This document shows, one piece after another, positions 36,325-45,822 of a stretch of DNA of 64,000 nucleotides (position 1 is the stretch's first letter; each line of letters begins with the position of its first letter). The position numbers and the translations under genes are program-made. The notes below the pieces were generated by a model that made no database searches, was not told the DNA's origin, and was given only the letters and a program-made list of their open reading frames with translations. The stretch is from Candidatus Palauibacter soopunensis (lineage in GTDB: Bacteria; Gemmatimonadota; Gemmatimonadetes; Palauibacterales; Palauibacteraceae), in the NCBI RefSeq assembly GCF_947581735.1, contig NZ_CANPVT010000002.1:522144-586143 (forward strand), written 5' to 3'.

Positions 36325-38738
36325 AGCGCCCGGCGGAGTTGTCCGCGAAGCTCGACGAGGCGCTTGCCCGGTGGGAGGGAGGCAGTTCCCGCCGCGACTT
36401 CCTGAAGACCTCGGGGCTGTTCGTCCTCGGCTTCAGCAGTGTGGGCTTCAGTGGCGGGTCCGGGACCGGTTTGGCGGGGTTCGGCCGGAACGGGTCCGGC
36501 GACCCCGACGAGGCGAACCCGTATCCGGATCCGGACTATCTCCAGCTGGACTCGTGGCTCGTCGTGCACGAGGACGGCACGGCCACGTTCTACGTCGGCA
36601 AGACGGACGGCGGGCAGGGGACCGGGACCGCCATGCGGCAGATGATGTGCGACGAACTCGACCTCGCGTACGACCGGGCCACGCTCATCATGGGCCGCAC
36701 GGACATGACGGTGGACCAGGGCGGCTCGGGCGGTTCGGACGCGATCGAGCGGGACGCCCTGGCCGCGCGGCGCGTCGCGGCCGAGGCCCGCCGCGTCCTG
36801 CTGGAACTGGCCGCGGACCGCTTCGAGGTCCCGGCCGACGAACTCGCCGTCAGCGAAGGCGTCATCTCCGTCGCCGCCGATCCCGCCCGCACGGCGACCT
36901 ACGGCGAGCTGATCGGCGGGCGGCGCTTCGACATCGCCCTCACCGGACGGAACGTCAACGAGACGACCGGCCTCGCGGCCGTGAAGCCGGTCCAGGAGCT
37001 GCGGATCGTCGGCCAGTCGGTCCCCCGGTACGACATCCCGTCAAAGGTCGACGGATCGCTCGAGTGGGCGGTCGACGTGCGGCTCCCCGGCATGGTCCAC
37101 GCGCGGAACGTGCGGCCGCCCTTCGCCGGCGCGCGGCTCGTCTCCATCGACGAGTCCACGGTGCGCGACATCCCCGGCTTCATCCGCGTCTTCCGGGAGG
37201 GCAACTACGTCGCGGTCGTCTGCGAGCGGGAGGAACAGGCGATCCAGGCGGCGGAGAGCCTCGCCCTCGAGTGGGAGAAGCCGGAGACGGCGCCCTTCCC
37301 GTCCTCCGAGGACCTCTTCGATTACATGCGCGGTGCGACCCCCGTCGACGCGGGGACCGGCGGGTCTCCCCGTCCTCGCGAGGAAGGGGACTCCGACGCG
37401 GCGCTCGCGGGCGCGGCGACGGTCGTCGAAGCCGGCTACGACATCCCCTTCCAGGGACACACGGCGATCGGGCCGGCGCACGCCGTGGCGGATCCCTCGG
37501 ACGGGCAGATGACGGTCTACACGAACGACATGAAGCCCTACAGCCACCGCACCGGGATCGCCGAATTCCTCGGCATGCCGCCGGAGCAGGTGCGGGTGAT
37601 CTGGATGGAGGGGCCGCAACTCTACGGGCGCACGGCGGCGGACGACGCGGGCTTCGAGGCGGCGTACCTGGCCCGGGAGCTGGGCCGCCCCGTCCGGGTG
37701 CAGTGGATGCGGCACGAGGAGACGGCGTGGGACACGAAGGGCCCCGCCTTCGCCATCGACCTGCGCGGCGGCCTCGATGACGCCGGCAACGTGGTCGGGC
37801 TCGACTATCGCGCCCGCATCGCGAACTACGCACACGTCGGGTACAACCAGGCGGACACCGTGCTCATCGCCCAGCTCATGGGAATTCGCCCCGAGCGGCC
37901 GTCGCCCGGCGGCGGCCGAGGCCCCGACGAGATGTACCACATCCCGAACCGCCGGGAGGAGACGCGGGCCGTCCGTTTCCCGCTCGCCTTCGAGACGCCG
38001 CTCCGCACCGGCAACCTGCGCGACCCCAACGGGCCGCAGACGACGTTCGCCGGGGAATCGTTCATCGACGAGATGGCCGCGGCCGCGAACGCGGATCCGG
38101 TCGAGTTCCGGCTCCGTCTCCTGCGCGGGACGACGGAGGACGACGCGACGTTCCGCCGGGCCCGCTCCATCGCCGTTGTGGAGGCGGCGGCCGAGGCGTT
38201 CGGCTGGGAGCCGAGACCCACGCCCCGCGAGCCGAGCGACGGGCGCATCCTCACCGGGCGCGGGATCTCCTACGCGTACCGCATACAGACGGCTGTTGCC
38301 ACGATCGCCGAGGTCGAAGTAGACCGCGAGAGCGGACGCGTGTGGGTGAAGCGCATGGTCTGCGCGCACGACTGCGGCCTCGTGATCAACCCCGACGGCC
38401 TCGAGAGCACGGTCCAGGGGAACCTCCTGCACGGGATCAGCCGCACCCTGTACGAGGAGGTGCAGTTCGACGGCGAGCGGGTGACGAGCGTCGACTGGCG
38501 CACCCACCCGACGCTGACGCACCCGGACGCGCCCGAGCAGGTCGACGTCGTGATCGTGAACGGCGATCCGAATCCGGACCGGCCGGACCTGCCGCACTAC
38601 GGGGCGGGCGAGCCCTCGCACCGCACGGTCCCGGCCGCCATCGCCAACGCGATCCACGACGCGACGGGCGTCCGCATGCGGCGCATCCCGCTGCGCCCGG
38701 AGCGCGTGCTGCAGGAGCTGGCAGCGGCCGGAGTCTAG
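36321..38738 (+). CDS. molybdopterin-dependent oxidoreductase large subunit (IorB-like) with Tat signal
   Basis: GTG overlaps the small-subunit stop (GTGA), RBS ggtggggagg. SRRDFLKTSGLFVLGF Tat motif and an aldehyde oxidase/xanthine dehydrogenase molybdopterin-binding body. No FAD medium subunit is present. Confidence 0.85.
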   Translation: MKRPAELSAKLDEALARWEGGSSRRDFLKTSGLFVLGFSSVGFSGGSGTGLAGFGRNGSGDPDEANPYPDPDYLQLDSWLVVHEDGTATFYVGKTDGGQGTGTAMRQMMCDELDLAYDRATLIMGRTDMTVDQGGSGGSDAIERDALAARRVAAEARRVLLELAADRFEVPADELAVSEGVISVAADPARTATYGELIGGRRFDIALTGRNVNETTGLAAVKPVQELRIVGQSVPRYDIPSKVDGSLEWAVDVRLPGMVHARNVRPPFAGARLVSIDESTVRDIPGFIRVFREGNYVAVVCEREEQAIQAAESLALEWEKPETAPFPSSEDLFDYMRGATPVDAGTGGSPRPREEGDSDAALAGAATVVEAGYDIPFQGHTAIGPAHAVADPSDGQMTVYTNDMKPYSHRTGIAEFLGMPPEQVRVIWMEGPQLYGRTAADDAGFEAAYLARELGRPVRVQWMRHEETAWDTKGPAFAIDLRGGLDDAGNVVGLDYRARIANYAHVGYNQADTVLIAQLMGIRPERPSPGGGRGPDEMYHIPNRREETRAVRFPLAFETPLRTGNLRDPNGPQTTFAGESFIDEMAAAANADPVEFRLRLLRGTTEDDATFRRARSIAVVEAAAEAFGWEPRPTPREPSDGRILTGRGISYAYRIQTAVATIAEVEVDRESGRVWVKRMVCAHDCGLVINPDGLESTVQGNLLHGISRTLYEEVQFDGERVTSVDWRTHPTLTHPDAPEQVDVVIVNGDPNPDRPDLPHYGAGEPSHRTVPAAIANAIHDATGVRMRRIPLRPERVLQELAAAGV

Positions 38739-38759
38739 CGGCAGCCGTCGCCGGAGTGC

Positions 38760-39845
38760 CTAGATCTTGATGTAGGTGCGGCGGCGATGGAGCAGCCACA
38801 TCACGCCCAGCCAGAAGGCCACCTGGGCCAGCGCCATGGCGAGCGAGCCGCCGTAGTCGCCGGCCCATGACCGGAACGCGTTCTCGTACAGCCATCCGCT
38901 CAGCGACGTGCCTCCGTCGCCCCCGACCCGGATGCGGGCGAGCGTCTTCGCGAACATGCCGGACGCGACGAACACGGCGATCGAGTTCATGCCGTAGATG
39001 ACGAACGGCGCCACCCACCCTCCGCGCAGACGCTTCACGTCGATCAGCCAGTACATGGCGCCGAACAGGAACAGCGCCGTTCCGGCCGTGAAGAGGACGT
39101 AGGAACTCGACCACAGGTTCTTGTTGATCGGGAACACGATGTCCCACAGGAATCCCAGCACGACGAGCCAGGCGCCGGCGATCCACATGCCCCGCGAGAT
39201 CTCGCTGCCCGAGCGATCCGACCGCAGCCAGTCGCCGCAGAAGATCCCGAGCAGGCACGTCCCGATGGCCGGCAGCGTCGAGAGGAGTCCCTCCGGATCC
39301 CACGTCCCCTGCCACAGCCGGTCTCCCATGAGGAACCGGTCGATCCGCGCTCCCAGGTTTCCGTCCGGCGACAGATCCCCGGCGACGAGGGCCCAGTACC
39401 CGAGGAGGAGCACTCCCACCGCGATCCACCGCACCCGCGCGGAGCCCCACAGGTAGAGCGCCGCCGCCGCGCAGTAGACGAGTCCGATCCGCTGCAGCAC
39501 GCCGTAGAGGCGCATGTCGAAGAGGTCGAAGTCGGGAATCGCCCGCATGGCGAGCCCGAGCCCGATGAGAATGAGCGAGCGCCGGACCACGTGCCGGAAC
39601 AGCCGGACCCGGTCCGTCCCCTCCGCCAGGCGGCGCGAGAAGGAGAAGGGGATGGCGACGCCGACAATGAAGAGGAAGTAGGGGAAGATGAGATCGGTCG
39701 GCGTCCACCCGTGCCATTCCGCGTGGGCGAGCGGCGCGTAGACGTAGCTCCAACTGCCGGGATTGTTGACGAGGATCATCGCCGCGATCGTCAATCCGCG
39801 GAACGCGTCCAGCGAGACGACCCGGCCCCCTGCGGGTTCGGTCAT
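38760..39845 (-). CDS. DUF1624/heparan-alpha-glucosaminide N-acetyltransferase-like membrane protein
   Basis: 361 aa polytopic protein. N-terminal FRGLTIAAMILVNNPGSW...HAEWHGWTPTDLIFPYFLFIVG is the HGSNAT-family pattern. Confidence 0.7.
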   Translation of the reverse strand: MTEPAGGRVVSLDAFRGLTIAAMILVNNPGSWSYVYAPLAHAEWHGWTPTDLIFPYFLFIVGVAIPFSFSRRLAEGTDRVRLFRHVVRRSLILIGLGLAMRAIPDFDLFDMRLYGVLQRIGLVYCAAAALYLWGSARVRWIAVGVLLLGYWALVAGDLSPDGNLGARIDRFLMGDRLWQGTWDPEGLLSTLPAIGTCLLGIFCGDWLRSDRSGSEISRGMWIAGAWLVVLGFLWDIVFPINKNLWSSSYVLFTAGTALFLFGAMYWLIDVKRLRGGWVAPFVIYGMNSIAVFVASGMFAKTLARIRVGGDGGTSLSGWLYENAFRSWAGDYGGSLAMALAQVAFWLGVMWLLHRRRTYIKI

Positions 39846-39861
39846 GCAGCCCCTGTCGGCG

Positions 39862-42753
39862 CTACCTCCGGAACCGGCCTCCGTCGCGTCCGCCCCGGCT
39901 GCCGCCGGCCATCGACTGGCTCCCGAGATACCAGGTGAAGTTCAGCATCACGTACTGCGTGAGCGATTCGACCCGACTCTCCTGAATGAAGCCGGGCGAA
40001 TTCGTGTACGATACGCCCTGATTCTGGCCGAGAATGTCGAACCCCACCAGTCGGATCTCGGCCCGGTCGTTCAGGATGAGGCGCCGGAGCGAGGCTTCCC
40101 ACAGCGCGACGTTCCGGCCCGGGCCGAACAGGTCCTGGTCGTACAGGCGCCACTGGAACTCCGTGCCCAGCGTCCACGGCCCCATATGAAGATCGGCGAT
40201 CGCGTACAGCGTGGAGTTGAGGTAATCCTCGTCCAACTCCTGGTTGAGGGAGTAGCTGACGTCGCTGAAGGTGAGCTTGGCGCCGCCGCGGACGTCGTAG
40301 TCCTCCTTGGCGCGGTTCTCGAGTTCGATCCCGAACGTGTGCGACAGCGACCGGCTCCGGTTCTCGAGGTCGTTGACGAATTCGTTCGAACTGGAGTAGC
40401 GGAGGTCGTAGTTCAGGTCCACCTGACCGCCCATCCAGCGCAGCGGCGTCCCGAAGCTCCCGCCGCCGCTGGCCGACCATGCGCTCCCGAGGTTCACCGG
40501 CGAGATCGTCTGAAGCCCGCGCTGCGTCACCGTTCGGGCCTGGGCGATGTCGTTCGTCGTGACGCTGACGTTCGCCCACGTGAACAGGTTGATGAAGCTG
40601 AAAGTGTCGAAGAACCGGTATTCCGTCCGCAGGCGGTGCGTGTATTCGGGCTGCAGGTCCGGGTTCCCCACCCGGATCCGCAACGGATCGCGGTTGTCGA
40701 CGAAGGGCTGGAGGTCCGTCATGCGCGGTTCGCGCGTCGATGTCGAGTACCGGAACTGTAGTGTGCGCCGGTCGTCGACCTGCATCCGGTATTCGGCGTT
40801 CGGCAGGACGTGCGTGTACCCGTTGGCGACCTCCTCGTCGCGGTCGAGGATCGTCCCCTCCAGGTTCGAGCCCTGCACGCGCAGCCCAAGCACGAACCGT
40901 CCGGCCTCGCTCGTGCGGTTGAAGCGGAACCCCCCGCGCAGGTAGCTGTACGTCCGCTCGAACCCGGATGTGAGGAGGGGATTCGGTGTCCGGCCGTCCG
41001 GCCCGATGTCGAACACCGACTGATTCTCATCCTCGGCGGTCGCACTCCGCTCGCCGTAGACCTCGAGCATGGACTCCCAGGGCATCGGCTGGGTCATCGA
41101 GAGGCGGACCGAGTGCGTCAGCGTCTGACCGACATTCGTCTGCTCCTGGAGCACGTCGCCGGCCCGGGCGCGCGGGTTTTCCACGTTGCCCTCGATCGAC
41201 GAAGCGAGGTTCGTCAGGCGGTCGGAATCGCTGAGATTCAACCGGGCTTCCGCGAAGAGGCTTCGCCCGCTGTCGTCGAGTCGCTTGCGCCACGTGAGTC
41301 GGGCATCGCCGCCCACGTCGTCGCCGTTCACGTCGTAGTTCGTCGCCGCGGCCGTGAGAAACTGCCCCGTGCCCGAGCGCGTGTCCTGGAAGTCCACGCG
41401 GTCGAGGAGGGAGCTGCGCGCGTTCAGGTTCCCGCGCAGCCGCAGTTCGTGGCCTTCGGCGAGCGTGAACTGGGAGTTCAGGTTGACCCTGTGGCTCGAG
41501 TTTTCGGTGTCCGTGCGCGTGGCGCGGTCGACGAGGGATGACGCGCTCGTGCCGAGGAGTTGCTCCTGCCGTCGCGTCTCGTTCTGGAAGTTGTCGAGCG
41601 TGCTGAGGCGGTAGCTCGTCCGGATCCAGTGGTCGTCGTTCCCGCCGAAGTCGTGGTTGACGTTGAGCCCCAGCATGGCGGTCTCGGTGAGCCCGTCGTC
41701 GCCTCCTCCGCCGCGGCCGAAATCCCGTCCGCCGAACGACATCGCATCGCCCCACCCGAACCCGGCCTGGTTCACGTTGTTCGCGCTTCCCACGAGGGCA
41801 AGCTGCGTGGTGGGAGAAAAGCGGTTGATCGACAGGGCGCCCGCGTACGGAATCCCGCCGGCCACGGTCCCGGTTTCGCTGCCGGCGGCCCTGGCGACCC
41901 TCGCGGCCACGGCCTCGCCGAACCCGGGGGAGACGGATGCGTTCTCAACGTCCGCCCCGAGTCCTCCCGACGTACGGCCGAAGTAGCCCGACCGCGCCTC
42001 TTCCTTGAGTTCCAGGTTGATCGTCCGCTCTTCCTCGCCGTCGGCAATGCCCGTGAACTCGGCCATGTCCGATTCCTTGTCGTAGACCTCCACTCGGTCC
42101 ACGGCCTCGGCGGGCAGGTTCTGGGTCGCCATCGTGGGGTCGCCGCCGAAGAACTCCCTCCCGTCGACGAGCACGTTCTCGACCTCTTCGCCCTGCGCCG
42201 TGATCGATCCGTCGGTCTCGACTTCGATCCCCGGAAGCTGGCGGAGGAGGTCCTCCACCGTCGCGTTGGGCCGCGTCCGGAAGGCGAGCGCGTTGTAGCC
42301 CAGCGTGTCCCGCCGGTTCAGGAAGGGGACGTGGTCGAGCGTGACGACGAGCGGGTCCACCTCCACCGCCATCACCTCGAGGTTGATCGTGCCGACGTTC
42401 ACATCTTCGCCGGTGAGGGAGAAGTCCTGCCGCACCGTGCCGTATCCGAGCAGGGTGACCTGCAGGATGTATTCGCCGGGTCCGAGATCTCCGAGGGCGA
42501 AGACGCCGTCGCCGCCGGAAGTCGTGAAGCGGGTGAGGACCGAGTCGGGCTTCGCCAGCGCCACGACCATGGCGCCGTTGAGGCCCGCGCCCGCAGTGTC
42601 GGCGATCACGCCGCTCACGGTGTATTCGGCCTGGGCCTCTACGGGACCGGGCGAGAAGGTCGAGACCGCCAGTCCAATGGCCAGCAGCGCCATGATCGAT
42701 CCCGCCCGCGCCGGGAACGCCCGCGCGGGACCCATCGGCCCGGGCCGCCTCAT
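39862..42753 (-). CDS. TonB-dependent outer-membrane receptor with carboxypeptidase-regulatory-like N-domain
   Basis: About 963 aa from M122 of ORF 39862..43116 (signal MRRPGPMGPARAFPARAGSIMALLAIGLAVS). CarbopepD_reg-like beta-sandwich, a plug region and a C-terminal barrel ending in aromatic residues. Confidence 0.8.
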   Translation of the reverse strand: MRRPGPMGPARAFPARAGSIMALLAIGLAVSTFSPGPVEAQAEYTVSGVIADTAGAGLNGAMVVALAKPDSVLTRFTTSGGDGVFALGDLGPGEYILQVTLLGYGTVRQDFSLTGEDVNVGTINLEVMAVEVDPLVVTLDHVPFLNRRDTLGYNALAFRTRPNATVEDLLRQLPGIEVETDGSITAQGEEVENVLVDGREFFGGDPTMATQNLPAEAVDRVEVYDKESDMAEFTGIADGEEERTINLELKEEARSGYFGRTSGGLGADVENASVSPGFGEAVAARVARAAGSETGTVAGGIPYAGALSINRFSPTTQLALVGSANNVNQAGFGWGDAMSFGGRDFGRGGGGDDGLTETAMLGLNVNHDFGGNDDHWIRTSYRLSTLDNFQNETRRQEQLLGTSASSLVDRATRTDTENSSHRVNLNSQFTLAEGHELRLRGNLNARSSLLDRVDFQDTRSGTGQFLTAAATNYDVNGDDVGGDARLTWRKRLDDSGRSLFAEARLNLSDSDRLTNLASSIEGNVENPRARAGDVLQEQTNVGQTLTHSVRLSMTQPMPWESMLEVYGERSATAEDENQSVFDIGPDGRTPNPLLTSGFERTYSYLRGGFRFNRTSEAGRFVLGLRVQGSNLEGTILDRDEEVANGYTHVLPNAEYRMQVDDRRTLQFRYSTSTREPRMTDLQPFVDNRDPLRIRVGNPDLQPEYTHRLRTEYRFFDTFSFINLFTWANVSVTTNDIAQARTVTQRGLQTISPVNLGSAWSASGGGSFGTPLRWMGGQVDLNYDLRYSSSNEFVNDLENRSRSLSHTFGIELENRAKEDYDVRGGAKLTFSDVSYSLNQELDEDYLNSTLYAIADLHMGPWTLGTEFQWRLYDQDLFGPGRNVALWEASLRRLILNDRAEIRLVGFDILGQNQGVSYTNSPGFIQESRVESLTQYVMLNFTWYLGSQSMAGGSRGGRDGGRFRR

Positions 42754-43589
42754 CGGAGCCCCCCTTCGAAGGGACGACGCCGGTTGCCGGCCCCGCGCGT
42801 GGCCCGGATTTCCTCGATTTTCTCCGCCACGATGGCTTCGTACTCCTGGCGCGTGACCATCTCCCCGTCCGTCGGCGGGGCGATCTCGACATCGCCCAGA
42901 CCCTCGAGGTTCACCTCGGTCGCCGAGTAGAGGAGGTGGCCGCCGTCGAGCGAGAGCACGAGGATGAGGCCGGGAAGGCCGCCGTACTGGCCGGGGCCCG
43001 CCTGTACCGGAATCTGGGGCGTGAACCAGGCTTCGATCTCCGATCCGTCGTGGACGGCCGTCGCCTGCTGCACCATGAAGCCGAGGAACTCGCGCTGCTC
43101 CGTGCCGAGCTTCCACTGATACGTGGGCCGGTCCCCGGAGATCAGGAACGTGCGTCCCATGAACTCGCGCGTCTCCGTAATCGCACCGCTCGCGAAGTCC
43201 ACGTAGGCCTGGAGCAGGTCCTCCTGGTCGCTGCGCGAAGCGGACGCCATGCGGAGTCGAAGCGCCATGCCGAGCGCGCGGCGGTCCGTCCGGTCCGAGT
43301 CGCCGGGGCCGCGTCGGGGCGCCGCTTCCTCCTCGTCCGGATCCGGCGTCATGATGGATCGGGAGCCGTCGAAGAGAAGGACCATCGAGGCGCTGCTCTG
43401 CGCCGCGATCCGGTCGCGCAACGCCGCCCAGCGCTCGGGCACCTCGAAGTCGTACTGCACCGAGCGCAGGTAGTGGACATGGCCCGTCTGCGCGCCCAGC
43501 GCCGCCGGCGCGAAGCCTCCGAGGGCGCCGGGAAGGGTCGCGAGAAGGAAAAGCTGGAACCGCCGCTGGAATCGTCGTCGTGTACTCAT
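42750..43589 (-). CDS. GLPGLI-family protein (TIGR01200-like), secreted
   Basis: Starts at M15 of ORF 42750..43631 (MSTRRRFQRRFQLFLLATLPGALG). Contains the eponymous GGLPGLILVL motif. Stop overlaps the receptor start. Confidence 0.6.
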   Translation of the reverse strand: MSTRRRFQRRFQLFLLATLPGALGGFAPAALGAQTGHVHYLRSVQYDFEVPERWAALRDRIAAQSSASMVLLFDGSRSIMTPDPDEEEAAPRRGPGDSDRTDRRALGMALRLRMASASRSDQEDLLQAYVDFASGAITETREFMGRTFLISGDRPTYQWKLGTEQREFLGFMVQQATAVHDGSEIEAWFTPQIPVQAGPGQYGGLPGLILVLSLDGGHLLYSATEVNLEGLGDVEIAPPTDGEMVTRQEYEAIVAEKIEEIRATRGAGNRRRPFEGGLR

Positions 43590-43688
43590 GGAACCCGCCG
43601 CTTGTCGTCCGTCATCCGTTAGATGGGACACACGGGGCCGAGGTCACGTTGTAGGGAGCGCCGGGTCGCGAAACGCGAGGGCGCCGGG

Positions 43689-45044
43689 TCAGGGCGCGTC
43701 GATGGCTACGCGTCGCACCTCGCGGCGGAGGACCTGCCTCAGGCGGGCGAACAGGAGGACGGCCACGACGGCGAGTCCGGCGGCCAGACCCCACCACAGG
43801 CCGCGCGGGCCCCAGTCGGCACGGAAGGCGAGGAAGTAGCTCACGGGCACGCCGAGCAGCCAGAAGCCGAGGGCGTTGACGAGGAAGGGCGTGAAGGTGT
43901 CTCCGGCCCCGCGCAGCACGCCGGCCGCGACGGTCTGGAGGCCATCGGTCACCTGGAAGACGCCCGCGATCGGGATCAGGGATGCGGCGATCCCGATGAC
44001 CGTGAGATCGTGCGAGTAGAGGCCGGCCCAGAAGCGCGGGAAGGCGAGAAAGGCGCCCGCCGTCGCGAGCATGAAGACGCCGCTGAGCTGGATCCCCGCG
44101 GCGGCGGCCCGCCGCGCCCCGTCCATGTCCTCCTGTCCGACCGCGCGTCCCACGCGCACGGCGGAAGCGGCCGCGATCCCGAACGGCACCATGAAGGTGA
44201 GCGCGGCGAGGTTCAGTGCGATCTGGTGCCCCGCCATCGCCTCGGTGCCGAGCCAGCCCATCATCACGCCGATCACGGCGAAGGCCCCGAACTCCAGTTG
44301 CTGCTGGAAGCCGATCGGCGTGCCGAGCCGCACCATGCGCGCGAGCGCGCGACGATCGAGGGCCTCGCGCCGAAAGCGGCCCAGGTAGGGACGCATCGAG
44401 CGCCAAGAGAGCGCCAAAAGCGCCGCCGCCATGCACCAGCGCGCGAGACTCGACCCCCACGCCGAGCCCACGGCCCCCAACTGCGGGACTCCGAGGTTGC
44501 CGTAGATCAGCACCCAGTTGAGGAAGGCATTCAGGAGGTTCGCCCCCGCGATGGTCCACACGATCGGGGCCACGCGATGCATCGCCTGGAGGCTTTGTCG
44601 GAGTACGACGAACGCGTAGAAGGGGAACATCCCCAGGATCGACCCCAGCGCGTATCCCCCGGCCACCGGCACGACATCCGCGGGCTGCCGGAGGAAGGCG
44701 AAGATGCGCGCGGCGGGCAGGAAGAGCAGGGACGTGATCGCCGTCAGAAAGAGGGTCAGAACGAGCGCCCGCTGGATCCCTCTGGCCGCGGCCTCATGGT
44801 CTCCGGCCCCCACCCCCTGCGCGACGATGGGATCGAGGGCCATGAGCACGCCCATCCCGAACACCGCGATCTGGAAGAAGTAGATGTTCCCCAGGCCGAC
44901 CGCCGCGAGGTCGGTCGCCGAGAGGTGGCCGACCATGAGCGTGTCCACGACGCCCATCATCATGATGCCGACCTGGACGGTCACGATCGGGAGGGCCAGG
45001 CGCAGCATGCGCGCGAGGTCCGCGCGGCGGGGGGTGAGATTCAT
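43689..45044 (-). CDS. MATE family efflux transporter
   Basis: About 451 aa from M13 of ORF 43689..45080. 12 TM helices in MATE (NorM-like) arrangement. Confidence 0.85.
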   Translation of the reverse strand: MNLTPRRADLARMLRLALPIVTVQVGIMMMGVVDTLMVGHLSATDLAAVGLGNIYFFQIAVFGMGVLMALDPIVAQGVGAGDHEAAARGIQRALVLTLFLTAITSLLFLPAARIFAFLRQPADVVPVAGGYALGSILGMFPFYAFVVLRQSLQAMHRVAPIVWTIAGANLLNAFLNWVLIYGNLGVPQLGAVGSAWGSSLARWCMAAALLALSWRSMRPYLGRFRREALDRRALARMVRLGTPIGFQQQLEFGAFAVIGVMMGWLGTEAMAGHQIALNLAALTFMVPFGIAAASAVRVGRAVGQEDMDGARRAAAAGIQLSGVFMLATAGAFLAFPRFWAGLYSHDLTVIGIAASLIPIAGVFQVTDGLQTVAAGVLRGAGDTFTPFLVNALGFWLLGVPVSYFLAFRADWGPRGLWWGLAAGLAVVAVLLFARLRQVLRREVRRVAIDAP

Positions 45045-45164
45045 CGCGCAATCCTGCGTCCGGCGCGTTCGGAAAGGCAAATCCGTTGCCGCCCCCCGGC
45101 GCCGCGGATAGACTCCGCCTCACCGCTCCGAGAGCAGGAAGCGGGCAAGAATCGAGGGGGCAAA

Positions 45165-45815
45165 ATCGAAATCCTGACGTTCGCCGGAGGACCGTTCGTG
45201 CAGAACACCCTGCTCGTGGTCTGCGAGGACGGCCGCACCGGACTTCTGATCGATCCGGGCACCGCGACGCCGGAGGCGCTGGCCGAGGCGCGCGCCCGCG
45301 ACCTCGACATCGCGGCGCTCCTCGTCACGCACGCCCACCTGGATCACATCGACGGCCTCAAGGAGGCGAAGGCGGAGACGGAAGCGCCCATCCATCTCCA
45401 TCCGCTTGACCGGCCGCTCTACGACAACATCGCGAACCAGGCCCTCGCGTTCGGCGTGCCCTGCGTGGAACCGCCGCCGCCCGATGTCGACCTCGTCCCC
45501 GGCACCAACATCGCCTTCGGCGGCTCGGAATTCGAGGTCGTATTCGTGCCCGGCCACGCGCCGGGGCACGTGATGTTCGTCTCGACGTCACACCCGGTGG
45601 CGATCGTCGGGGACGTGATCTTCCGCGGGTCGATCGGGCGGACGGATCTTCCGCACGGGAACTACGGCGTGCTCATGGAGTCCATCCGGTCGCAGGTGCT
45701 GACGCTACCGCCGGAGACGTGCCTCTACCCCGGTCACGGCCCCGAGACCACCGTGGCGCTGGAGCGCGACACCAACCCCTTCGTCCTCCAACTCCACGGC
45801 GGCCGCTGGGTTTAG
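45165..45815 (+). CDS. MBL-fold metallo-hydrolase (hydroxyacylglutathione hydrolase-like)
   Basis: HxHxDH motif THAHLDHIDG plus downstream His/Asp ligands. The N-terminus aligns from KIEILTFAGGPFVQNTLLV. The in-frame stretch after the agggggc RBS has no ATG/GTG/TTG, so the start (ATC 45165 or CTG 45174) is uncertain. Confidence 0.7.
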   Translation: MEILTFAGGPFVQNTLLVVCEDGRTGLLIDPGTATPEALAEARARDLDIAALLVTHAHLDHIDGLKEAKAETEAPIHLHPLDRPLYDNIANQALAFGVPCVEPPPPDVDLVPGTNIAFGGSEFEVVFVPGHAPGHVMFVSTSHPVAIVGDVIFRGSIGRTDLPHGNYGVLMESIRSQVLTLPPETCLYPGHGPETTVALERDTNPFVLQLHGGRWV

Positions 45816-45822
45816 TCCGGCG

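Noticed and set aside
39862-43116. 1084-aa version of the TonB receptor
   Set aside because: First 121 residues are Arg/Gly/Pro-rich without signal peptide. An internal Met followed by a canonical signal peptide is the likely start
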